Of a DNA stretch of 64,000 bases, positions 26,201 to 38,200 are shown one piece after another. Positions within the stretch are counted from its first letter, which is position 1. Each line of letters starts with the position of its first letter. The stretch comes from Zootoca vivipara (Eukaryota): NCBI RefSeq assembly GCF_963506605.1, contig NC_083285.1, positions 7,874,001 through 7,938,000 of the forward strand, in the 5' to 3' direction. Below the pieces are notes generated by a model. The model did no database searches and had not been told where the DNA came from. It saw only the letters and a list, made by a program, of their open reading frames with translations. A program made the translations under genes and the position numbers.

Positions 26201-29200
26201 CAACACGAGAACGGGCCTTCTCTGCAGTGGCTCCCCGTCTGTGGAATGCTCTCCCCAGGGAAGTTTCCCTGGCGCCTTCATTATACACCTTTAGGCACCA
26301 GGCAAAAACGTTCCTTTTTAACCAGGTCTTTGGTTGATCTGATTGAAATCCTATGCCCTTTTAAAATGTGGCTCTTTTGGGGGGGGGGGTTGTTATCTGG
26401 TTGTTGTTTTTATTTTGATTATATATATATTGTGGTTTTATAGGTTGATCTTGTTCTGTGAACTGCCCTGAGACCTCCAGGTATAGGGCAGTATATAACT
26501 TCAATAAATAAATAAAAATATATGTGTGCATTTACACATAAAATACACATGTGTGCATGCACAAGGACAGCACAAAAGCCATCGTGGGGAATGTGAAATT
26601 GGTCTGCACCCCTATGGCCATCAAGTCCTCCCATAAAAATTATTTGCCCCCCAACCAAAACCCCCATCTCTGCTATTTTCTGTCCCTGCCACTTAAAGAT
26701 GTGCATTAATTTTGCATCTTCTAAATGTCCATCCACCCACACCTTTCACAGTTGGCTCCAGCTGTAAACCCTCTGCAGTCCAAGCATGCTCCAGTCTGTA
26801 CGTCACACAGTTCCGCAAAGCCATTGCAAGGGCAAGGCCGACAATGGGGAAATCCAAAATATCCAGCCAGGCATTGACTGCACCGTCGGCCTTCTGCTTC
26901 TGGCCGGCATGAACATTGCCCTGTCACCTGGTCACACAGAGCACTCACGGATCCTTGAGGATGGCAGTCACATGCTTGATGGAAAAGAAGCAGAGATGAT
27001 AGTTACCGGTACATGACAAATTGTTGCGTTATCTTAATATAAAGCCCTCAATGTGACATGGCCACGATCTCTGTATAGATAGATGTCGCTTGCTCTTTGT
27101 TGACCACATGATCAACAGTCCATACTCATTCTCATAGAGGGCAATGCGAGACCAGCCAGCCTTATCCCCATTTTACAGATGAGGAATGTTTGATGTGAAA
27201 TAATGACTTGCCCAAGACCACCCAGAGTGTTCACATTCATCAGGAGACTTCAGTTTGGGTTTCCCAGGTTCAAGGAAAACAAAAGTCTGCCCACATGACT
27301 TAAACATTGTTTTTCTTAAAAGGAAATAGCTTAAAATTTTAAAAACACAAAACCAAAAAAAAAACAACTGAAAGCAAGTACTTACAAAGACAACCTTGAG
27401 ACCCAAAACTATGGCTTCCGGCTGAGCATTTGTCACAACAGCGACCCATGACATTCGGTTTGCATTGACATTGACCTCCAAGTTTCTCGCAGTTAGAGTT
27501 TATTGACCCTTGTGGATGGCACCTGCAGGCTTTTAACAGAAACATACTTTCTCATACAAATAGATGATGCAACCAAACTCTATATTTATTAATTTAAATT
27601 ATTTACACTCTCCTCTTCTTCAAGGTAGTAAATCAAAAGGTAAAAAACCAACAACAAAACCTGAATATTTTTTAAAAAAACAAATAGCAGGAAAGCCGGA
27701 AAGCCAACCCAGACTGTTATGATCTTAGATAAGGTGAAAATGTAATTTTTAAAAACATGCTTTGGACTGCTTCCTTTTTGGCTTGCTTCAATTAACATGT
27801 AGGGATAGCCAATGCTGAGCTTTATCAGATTGGGAAGCAAAGGCAGAAGCTGCTACTGTAAAGATCTTGCTTCTTTTCCATGTGGATTTCACTGTGCAAG
27901 GTGTTGGCATCTTTAGCACTGCTTCCCCTGGTGACCTTAATGGATAGGAGGGATGGAAGATGCCTCTCTTGCCTTGCCACTGGTATCCCCCCAAAAACCC
28001 AAGATTGTCAGGTTCCCACCAAACTGGTGCCACACCTTTGCAATCGTTTTGTACTGTTTCATACTGCAAACCTCATGCTTTGTGAAAGGAAACAGCAAAT
28101 GGTCAAACCAAAAGCCAATACATTACAGAACTCTGTTATATACTGCGGTATCCTACTCAGCAAGGAACAGGCTGTTGAATTTTGTACCATTTGCAAACAG
28201 CTTTCAATGGCGCACAGTTAACACATGGAAAACAGTTTTAGTGTCTCTTAAAAATTTTAAGTTTATTTTAAAAAGCCAGAATGACAAAAGTTACTTTCAC
28301 TTTTGCTCCTCCTCAGAAAATACTGGCAGCATGCAAAAGCAGGAAGAGCCAGTGGCATTGATACTTACAAACTGCTCCATTGTGAATACGGGCAGACAGA
28401 CTTGCTATTAGTTTTTCACATGCTTCTGGTAGGATATGCGGTCCAATTTCTGAAGCTATTTCAATGCAGTGATACTGCTGGTACTCTTCTAAATCATTTT
28501 TGTTGCAAAGGTTTTCCACTGAACTGATTCTAGGAATAAGTCCAAGCTTCAAAATTGACAAAAGCGAAGAAGTTTTAAACAACTGCATAGAGAAGTATAG
28601 TTCAGGGCAGGGGGGATCCCTTTTAACAGTTGAATTAGATTTAATAATATATTTTACACTGGAGTTAATATTATTGGCCTAAGCAACCTTGAATTGCTTC
28701 CGCCTTCCTTTTCCAGTCTCCCTTCCTTTAGTCACTTACACTCCCCACTGTCTTAAAGGCACACAGCCTACAAAATCACTGATGTCCTATCCATTTTATT
28801 GATTAATGCCTGTAAGGGTAGTTGCTGGCCACCTGACAGGTAGGATATAAATAAGGGAACGGGTAGACAAATAGATGAACCAACCAACGTCCCAAGAAAA
28901 TGTGATAAAACGTCTGGGGTCCAGACCTTAGAATCTACTATGAAGCAGCTGCCTTCTGCTGGTTGAGGGAATGGTGTTTGTTAGAAAATGCAGATATATT
29001 AGACCTGGAAGGGTTCAACAATGTGTACGGATGGCATGCGTACTTATGGTATGATAAGGTTAAGAGTCACAAAGGCTTTAAGAACCATGTAATTAGAAAA
29101 TCGTTGTTGAATGTTTGGAACAAATATAAAGATTTATTAGAGAGGAAAACACCTCTTTGGATTTCACCGTTGGAAGCGAAAGCGCGAAAGAGGATAAATT

Positions 29201-32200
29201 TAGAGACCAAATGGCCTAAATATAGAGAAATTCTGGTGGAGGAAGGAGACCAGTTAAGGTTAAAGACATATGAGCAGTTAAAAGGTAATATTGATGACTG
29301 GCTCCAATACCACCAGATAAATGAAATGTTTAAAATAGATAAAAAGATTGGTTTTGGATTAGAGAAATCTAAGCTAGAGACAGAAATGTTAGATCCAAAG
29401 ACAAAGAATCTTTCCAGAATGTATGATTTATTGCTACAGTGGCATTTGAAAGATGAACAGACAAAAAAAGTGATGATAGATTGGGCGAAGGATGTGGGAC
29501 ATAATATTATGATGGAAGACTGGGAAAGATTGTGGGGGAAAAACATGAAATTTACCGCGTGCACTGTGTTAAGAGAGAATATGATGAAAATGATGTATAG
29601 ATGGTATTTAACACCAGTGAAACTTGCTAAGATTTACCACAAACAGGACAATAAGTGTTGGAAATGCCAAAAAGCAGAGGGAACATTCTATCACATGTGG
29701 TAGACCTGTCCACTAGTTAAGGATTTCTGGGAAAAGATTTATAATGAGTTGAAGAGAGTGTTCAGGAACACATTTATTAAAAAACCAGAATCCTTTCTAC
29801 TGGGCATGGTAGGAAAAGAAATACCTTTAAAGGATGTGAATTTGTTTTTGTATGCCACAACAGCTGCTAGAATATTAATAGCAATGTACTGGAAAACACC
29901 AAAAATGCCTACAGTGGAAGAATGGCAAATGAAGATGATAGACTACATGGAGCTTGCTGATCTGACCGGAAGACTACGCAACCGGGGAGAAGAGAAGATG
30001 GAGGAAGAGTGGAAGAAATTTCGAATTTATTATGAAAAATATTGTAAAATTGATATTTGAAGAGTAATTTAAGCAAATATGGATGCTGCAGGTTAATGAC
30101 TTAGGAATTTTTACTTTGGAAATTTAGAGTGATAAACGGACTTTGATAGTAAAATACAAGGGAAATTGAAAAATGTATACAGGGAAAGAAAATAGGATTA
30201 GAATCTGGGAGGTTTGATATACAATGAACCGATAGAGGGGGACCTCGAGGAGGTCCATTATAGATAAGATAGAAAATTTGAAATATGATTAATGGTTTTT
30301 TCTTTCTTTTTTGTTTTTTCTTTTCTTTTTTCTGTGTCGTTTTTGATGTTGTGATTTTTTTTTTTGTATTTTTCTGTATTTAAACTTTGAAAACCTTAAT
30401 AAAAATGAATCAAACAGAAAATGTGATAAAACACAAAAGAAAAGTTGCAACGCAGCACAGATACTTACTGAATCAATCAATATGGATGACCGGGTCCCTG
30501 GATCAGAAGCAGAAGACTTGGAAAAATAGACATCTACAAAATATTCTGTTCCTGGTTCAAAGCATACAGCAGTCGGTAGCAGCTCCATTCTGTTTAATTG
30601 AAAAGTCAAAACAAATTAAAGAATTCTGTCATTCTTTCCCCTAGGTTTTATGATGCTCATTTGCTGGAGCTATTTGTGTGCATGAGTAATAGAACAGTAA
30701 CAGAAGAGAAATGACCAAGTGTTGGAAGACATAAGGGGAAAGGATGGCTTCTCCTTGGGTCGCCCCCCCCCCCAAATATCTTCTTTGAAGAAACGAACAG
30801 GTAATATACAAACCTTGATGTATATGGTAGAGCAAGTGAGTGTGGTTCTTGCAGGGCTGCTGTTTTCCCACAGTGTTCGCTTTCTCTAGAACCTGAAGTC
30901 TTTACAGCTATGCTTGCTATCCAGTCTTCTAAAGTCTACAGTATGTGTTTGGGAAGAAAAAAAAGTTGGTTTTCATACAAAGTTGAAACATGCTTGATTC
31001 TTTCCGTGCCTATAAACAAGAACATCTTGAGTTTATCTGACCAGGGAACAAGGAAATCTAGCATAAATACTCCAGTTTAACCAGAAATTTACACTTGTAA
31101 ATAGCTGGTGACAACTAATCCCTTTCTGCAATACACATACATGGCGTCCATACAAATGCAGATCCTAAGATTTGGGGATTATGCAGTGTCTGCATCTACA
31201 GTTCTATGATTTTCATACATTGAGAAATGTTTGCACCACAAAACTAATGAGTGCAAGGCATGTAGTGGTGACTATTAAGATGACAAAGATAAATTTGAAG
31301 ATCAGGATAACTTTTGTGGGGTTTTGTTCAATTATATTCCACATACACAATTTTAATATGGTCCATATTTTGCTTTACTTTGAAGTCTTTGCTCTTTTTT
31401 GAGGATTCGAATATGAGTTGAAACTACCCTGGGAAAAGTATGAAGTGTAACAATTACCTCTGGCTCATAGCGAATGATGATATTAAAATCCATCAGGAAA
31501 GGGATGTTGTTGACTGTAAATCGTAACCCCGCTCCATTCCGGACTCTTGCAAAACCCGGCCCTGACCATGTCACAGGTTTTCCAGGAACAGACCCTCTAA
31601 TAACAACATCCAGAGCAGGGTTCCTGCCAAACAGAATTGAATCCTGAAAGGAGAGATTTGCGTTTTAAATATCACATTTATTCAGGAAACAAAGTGAATC
31701 CTGTCTTGAATCCCCTCTTAGCCAGCGTAGCCACGAACTCTTTCATTTCCCCTCTTCAAAGCCTATTCTTGAGTAGAAGGTCCCTGCCAGTCCCATAAGT
31801 CCTTTGTGAAAAGGGAAGATGAGTTAGGCCAGCTTCAAGTTCAACAGTAGTATGAATAATTGAAGTTAGGCCACTAGGGCTTCTTACTTACAATCAGGGC
31901 AGATCTACACTCTAAGTTTATTAATGTTAAAAATGTGTTATTAAAACGTGACACCAGAGGGCGTTGCAGAGCAGTGAGCCACCACCAATGGGAAACTGCA
32001 TGAAACATTTTAAGCATTATTAAATATAACGTTCTAGAAGATCAATGTAGATCCAGCCACATTCCAGGAAATGGCTCGGCCTGTCAGTGTCCACCTTAGG
32101 GTCAATGTTGCCTTTACAGAACTCAGCAGGGAAGGGGATGGGGGACAAAGTCAGTGGGCTATGCCTTCCATTGGCCATTGTTGGCCTCCCTGTCTTCTGT

Positions 32201-35200
32201 TCCACCATTCTCCGTGAGCACCAACCACTACTGAGTATAGGTAGACAAAACAAATGAGAGGGGTGGCAAAGATGAGCAGGGGTTCTGCCTCCATCTAAAC
32301 CTAAATGGATGAGAAACACGGACTCCATATCCTCGTTTGTTTTGACACCAGGTGTAGACCCATGCAGATTCTCAAACCTTTATTGGCATATGTACAAGAT
32401 TCCAGTAGTGTTCAATACAATTAAACACCACTCATTAAAAAAAACTACCCTGCATGTAACAGTTAAGTTAGTGTTGTATAGCATTCACAAATACAGTCAT
32501 ACCTTGGAAGTCGAATGGAATCTGTTCCGGAAGTCAGTTCAACTTCCAAAACATTTGGAAACCAAAGCAGCCAATTGGAAGCTTCAGAAGCCCCGTCGGA
32601 CGTTTGGGTTCCAAAGAATGTTTGCAAACTGGAACACTCACTTCCGTGTTTGCAGCGTTTGGGAGCCAAAACATCCAAGTACCAAGGAGTTTGGGATACA
32701 AGGTATGACTGTACTCATTGAAACCTGGCTACTATCTCCATCCAGGTTATCAGCAATAATCCTTATATCTCAGCAGACTAACACATAATCAGGAATATGT
32801 GTGAACTATGCAGAACATAAATAGTTTTTAAATTTTTATTTTACACCCTTGATGTCTTAGTATTTCAGGCCAACATGTCAGTGCATTATGGTCAGATTAA
32901 TTACATTTCTTTGAGATATCTTATGTCTTTTGGAAATGTTAACAGCATTCCGAAGTCTTTCTTGGCGGGGAGGGGGAATAATTGCATAGGATTGGAATGA
33001 ATTACAGGAATGTCCCATTCATGAAGACTGCAAAATATGAGAAAGTTATGTACACAAATCAGACCAATGGTCCATCTAACCAAAAGCTGTCAATCTTGAC
33101 TGGCAGTAGCGAAAGATCTACAGGCTCCTAGTCCTCCTACCAGAGATCCAGGGATTGAATGAGGAACTTTATACATACAAACCAAGTGTCGGTAAATTCT
33201 CAAATCCTCTCACCAATAACCTAAGAGGTTACTCATTGTTTTGCACAAGCCATAAGCTACAGATAATGTGAAGTGACTCAAATAAGGCACATATATTATG
33301 GTTCTCCAAGGATCCTACCCCAGACTTTTAAGAGATGGGTTTCCCTTCCTTGAAATCCCTTACAAACCAATTAATGGGACATTAGTGTTACCTGTCCAAC
33401 AGTTGCTTTTCTTATGCTTCGTTTCTTGTTTCTGTTCAATACGATCTTTCCATTTTCAATTTTGAAATCATAACCTTGTTGCCGAAAATAGACATCACAC
33501 CATGGTAAAGCTGTGGGCTGAACCTTATAAACAGGTGTTTTAAGTGGTGGAAGTGTAAAAACGCTGGTTTTATTTGGGTTTTTTTAGTTGACACACAAAT
33601 ACAATCAAACAATGGACAACTGGGAAAGCAGTGAATCTGCATAATTAGTAGTCTAAACCATATATTATTCTCCATGTCAAGGAACTTTGTACTACTAACC
33701 TACTTACAAAGAGAACTCTGCTTAACTTGGGGTGGGGATCTAAATCCAAGAAAATCAAACTTGCACAACTATTGATTAGCTATGAAGTTTCATAACTTTA
33801 GGGCAGTGGTGCTGGGTAGATAATTGTGCTGTTTCTATTGTTAAACAATTGGGAGTAAAAGAAAAGAAATAATACTTGCCTATTTATTGCAAATCACCCA
33901 GAGATTTACCAGTAGATCCAGATCTACCTTCTGCCCACTGCCAGATTCCAGCATGCAGGTTGCTCACCAGGGCAAGACAATTTGAGCATATAACACCAAT
34001 CCTGGCCCAACCGCACTGGCTGCCAGTTAGTTTCTAAGCCCAATTCAGAGAGCTGACATTGACCCATAAAGCCTTAAATGGCTCAGGACTGCAGTACCTC
34101 AAGGATCTCCTCTATCCATGTGAACTGACCATGCGATCATCCTCTCAGGCCCTTATTCACGTGCCTCCTCAAAAGGTCTGGAGGGTGGCAGCATGAGAAC
34201 GGGCCTTTTTTGCAGTGGCTCCCCATTTGTGGAATGCTTTCCCCAAGGAGGCTTGCATGGTGCCAACATCCTTTATATTTAGGCGCCAGGCAAAAACTCT
34301 CCTCTGTAACCAGGTCTTTGGCCTTTACCTATCTATGACTATTTAGAAGTGCGCGGGATGTTTCTAATGTATTTCCTTTCCCCTTGGTTTTAATGTATCT
34401 TGTGTGAGGTTTCCTGTCTGTCTGTTTGGTTGGTTGTAAGTTGCTTTGGGTTGCCCTGGACAAGATAAAGAGACTAACTAACTAAGTATCGTAACTAACT
34501 AACTAACTAACAAACAAACAGAAACACAACTGTGCTTAAAAGTACATCTTACTACATCCCATACACGGACGGATTTTTGCGGTAACATCGTCTATAAATA
34601 TTGTAAATAACATAAATTAAAATATACTGCCATTCAATCAGTGTCTTTCATTCTTCCCCTCTCACTTCTGGTTCTGCTCTGAATCCCCTCTTTAGTTTTG
34701 ATCTATATTACCACAACTGCACTTTGAATATGGGAAAGGTAAAGGTAAAGGACCCCTGACAGTTAAGTCCAGTCGCAAACGTCTCTGGGGTTGCGACGCT
34801 CATCTCACTTTACAGGCTGAGGGAGCCGGCGTTTGTCCGCAGACATTGTTTCTGGGACACGTGGCCAGCATGACTATGCTGCTTCTGGCGCAACGGAACA
34901 GCAAAACCAGGGCAGCGCACGGAAACACCGTTTACCTTCCCGCCAGAGCGGTACCTATTTATCTACTTGCACTTTTTTGGTGTGCTTTCGAACTGCTAGG
35001 TTGGCAGGAGCTGGGACTGAGCAACAGGAGCTCACCCCGTCGCGGGGATTCGAACCGCCGACCTTCTGATCGGCAAGCCCAAGCGGCTCAGTGGTTTAGA
35101 CCACAGCGTCACCCGCGTCCCCTATGAATATGAATATGGGAAGTAATGCCAATTAAAATACCAAAGGTGAAGATCCTGGGAGTGGCATCGAGTCTTCTGC

Positions 35201-38200
35201 TTCATATATATAATAGTCCAAAGGTAAGAAGAAGTGGCCTGGGGCTGGCTCAGAACACTGACGGCCCACAATGTTCGGAAGGCACTCACACTGGCCATTA
35301 GTAGGTGTGCACCTAGCAGAAAAGAGAGGAAGGCGAAACAGTACAAAATCTGCACAACCATGGACAAATGCTATACATCACAATACATTCTTTCTTTATG
35401 TTTGTATTATTATTGCCCTATATTAGCAGAGGAGTCCCTGCTTGAATCTTCTAATCCATAAATTCACTCTTGCAATTTCCAATGACTCTAATGGCAAAGG
35501 GAAAGAAGGGCAAGAATCTGCACCACTTTCAGTGGGAGTTTGTGGTACAACGTTTCTTAGATGTTAAATAAGACATTTGAAACGGGAAATCATAGACTTA
35601 CAAGTTATTGTGGGCACCACCAATGTCACAGCCACAGGGAGAACATCCGTGTAGATTGCTCCCAAGGCCCCAGTATCCTTGCTGTAGTAAAATAAAAAGG
35701 GAAACCAGTTAACCCCATTTGACATTAAAAACCGTTTTACTTACTGAACCTTTTGATTCCATTCTCCAGGGGTGGAGAACCTGTGGCCCTTCGGATCTCA
35801 TTAGGCTCCAGCTTCCATGATCTCCAGCCAGTATGGCCAATAGGGCTAGAAGATGGAAAATGAAGTCCAGCAATATCTGGAGAGTCATAGGTCCCCCACA
35901 CCTGCTAAGGAACATTGAGCGTATGAACAGATTAACATGGAAAGGCATGCAGGTGGGCGGCACTTGCTGGGTTGAATTTCCCGGCTTTCAGTCCTAGAAC
36001 AGACTCCCACCCTCTCCAAAAGTGGCATGTCCAAAACCCATAACCTAGCAGCAAACCACGTTTCTTCGTTTCCCTCTATGGCAGTACACTAACTCTGATC
36101 CCTGTTTCCTTAGCAATTTGTAAAAGACAAAGAATTCTCAGATGAATACCACGGATTGCCACTTTGACCTTTGCTTCATCACTTCCACAGCAGAAGAGAT
36201 TTCTCAAAAGGCAAAAGACAAACCCACAGGAACCTTTGTCAACACATAATACTGCAGTATCTGTCTCTGAAAATCTCGCAGGTACCTACAGGGCATTCCT
36301 CGCAATGTCGCCCACTGGCAAACCGCTGGCACAGACACTCTCCAGTCACTGGGTTGCAAGCAGAGAAAGACAAGCTTCCTGAAGGGTTGCAGTTGCAGGC
36401 TGAAAGGACACAAAGCACAATCGCCATCTCCGTGAGGCTCGCTTCACATGCAGCGGGGATGAGCCCTCAGTAGAAATAAACCTTCTAAGGCGGAAAATAA
36501 TAATAATAATTTATAATAATTATAATAATTATTTATTATTTATACCCCGCCCATCTGGCTGGGCTTCCCCTGCCACTCTGGGCGGCTTCCAACAAACATT
36601 AAAATACATCAAATATCACAGATTATTAACTTCCCTAAACAGGGCTGCTTTTAGGTATTTTCTAAATGTCAGGTAGTTGTTTATCTCTCTGACCTCTGAT
36701 GGGAGGGTGTTCCACAGGGCGGGTGCCACTACCAAGAAGGCCCTCTGCCTGTTCCCTGTAGCTTTGCTTCTCGCAGTGAGGGAACCGCCAGAAGGCCCTC
36801 GGCGCTGGACCTCAGTGTCCGGGCAGAACGATGGGGGTGGAGACGCTCCTTCAGGTATACTGGACCGAGGCCGTTTAGAGCTTTAAAGGTCAGCACCAAC
36901 ACTTTGAATTGTGCTCGGGTTTCCGGGTCACCTTCAAAGGTAGCCCCACATAGAGCGCATTGCAGTAATTCAAGTGAGAGATAACCAGAGCATGCACCAC
37001 TCTTGCGAGGCAGTCTGCAGGCAGGTAGGGTCTCAGCCAGCGTACCAGATGGAGCTGATAGACAGCTGCCCTGGACACAAAATTGACCTGTGTCTCCATG
37101 GACAGCTGTGAGTCCAAAATGACTCCCAGGCTGCACACCTGGTCCTTCAGGGGCACAGTTACCCCATTCAGGACCAGGGAGTCCTCCAAACACTGTCTGC
37201 CTCCAGTGACCTTCATTCCAAGGACAGAAATCCCAAGGGATGTGCTGGCAGGACACCTGATCTCAAGAAATGGGTGTACATAACAATATATCGTTTTGAA
37301 AAAGCCATGGAATACAGTGGACTTCTATTTGCTATGTATTTCCTGTGGCTATTCATGACACTTTTGCAAATGGCAGCTAGGGTAATATGCACAGCTACCG
37401 TAGGGGATGTAAAAGATCATTTCCTCCCTTAATTTCCTCTGAGTTTTATAATACAGCTTTTGCTTTAAGGACGGGGAGGGGGGGGAGTTCTACAATCCCT
37501 TGGTTGCAGTATTGAGCCAATGAAGTCACTGTGGCCTGGTTAAACCATAGTTTGCAGCAAGCCATAGTTCAGTGCGAATGAGCTGCATACTAGTGTGCTC
37601 CTTCTCTTTGCCTGCAACACCACAGTGAAACAAGCAAGAGTCTGGCTTTTTGTATTGCCTTGACCTGGGCTTGCAGTTTCTCCTGCAGGAGCAGGGGAGG
37701 AGTACCACGGGAACTCTAGAGCAGTGTTCACCAGCATGCTTGCGTTTGCCAACACCTTGAACTAAGGTTTATTTCAAACTATGGTTTAATGTGACGTACA
37801 GACTGAGCCACAGTTTTAAGGCAGGTGTGTTCTGATAATCAAAGCCTTTAATGGGGGGGGGGAGAGAAAGAAAGAAAGAAAAACATACGCTGACAGCCAA
37901 GAGGATCACTTCCACTCAGCCCATAGTAGTTTGGCTTGCACTTGTCACAATGAACTCCTTCAACGTTTTCCTTGCAGTGGCATCGGCTGGCAATGGTTCC
38001 AAGAAATGGGTCTGTACGATCCTCGCACAGCCCACTGTACAATGTACCTTCAGGGTCACATTCACAAGCTATGGACATAGATAGGCAGTCACAGATGTAA
38101 GTGGAAAGCAGTTAAATGGCAGCATTCACAGGCTGGAAATGTTAGCGAGTATTGCAATAGTCAGCTTTGATACAGCTAAACTTACCCCTACACCCTTTTA

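Noticed and set aside
28963-30060. Nested antisense host gene
   Set aside because: It is the L1 ORF2 C-terminus with a premature stop, bounded by a TSD.
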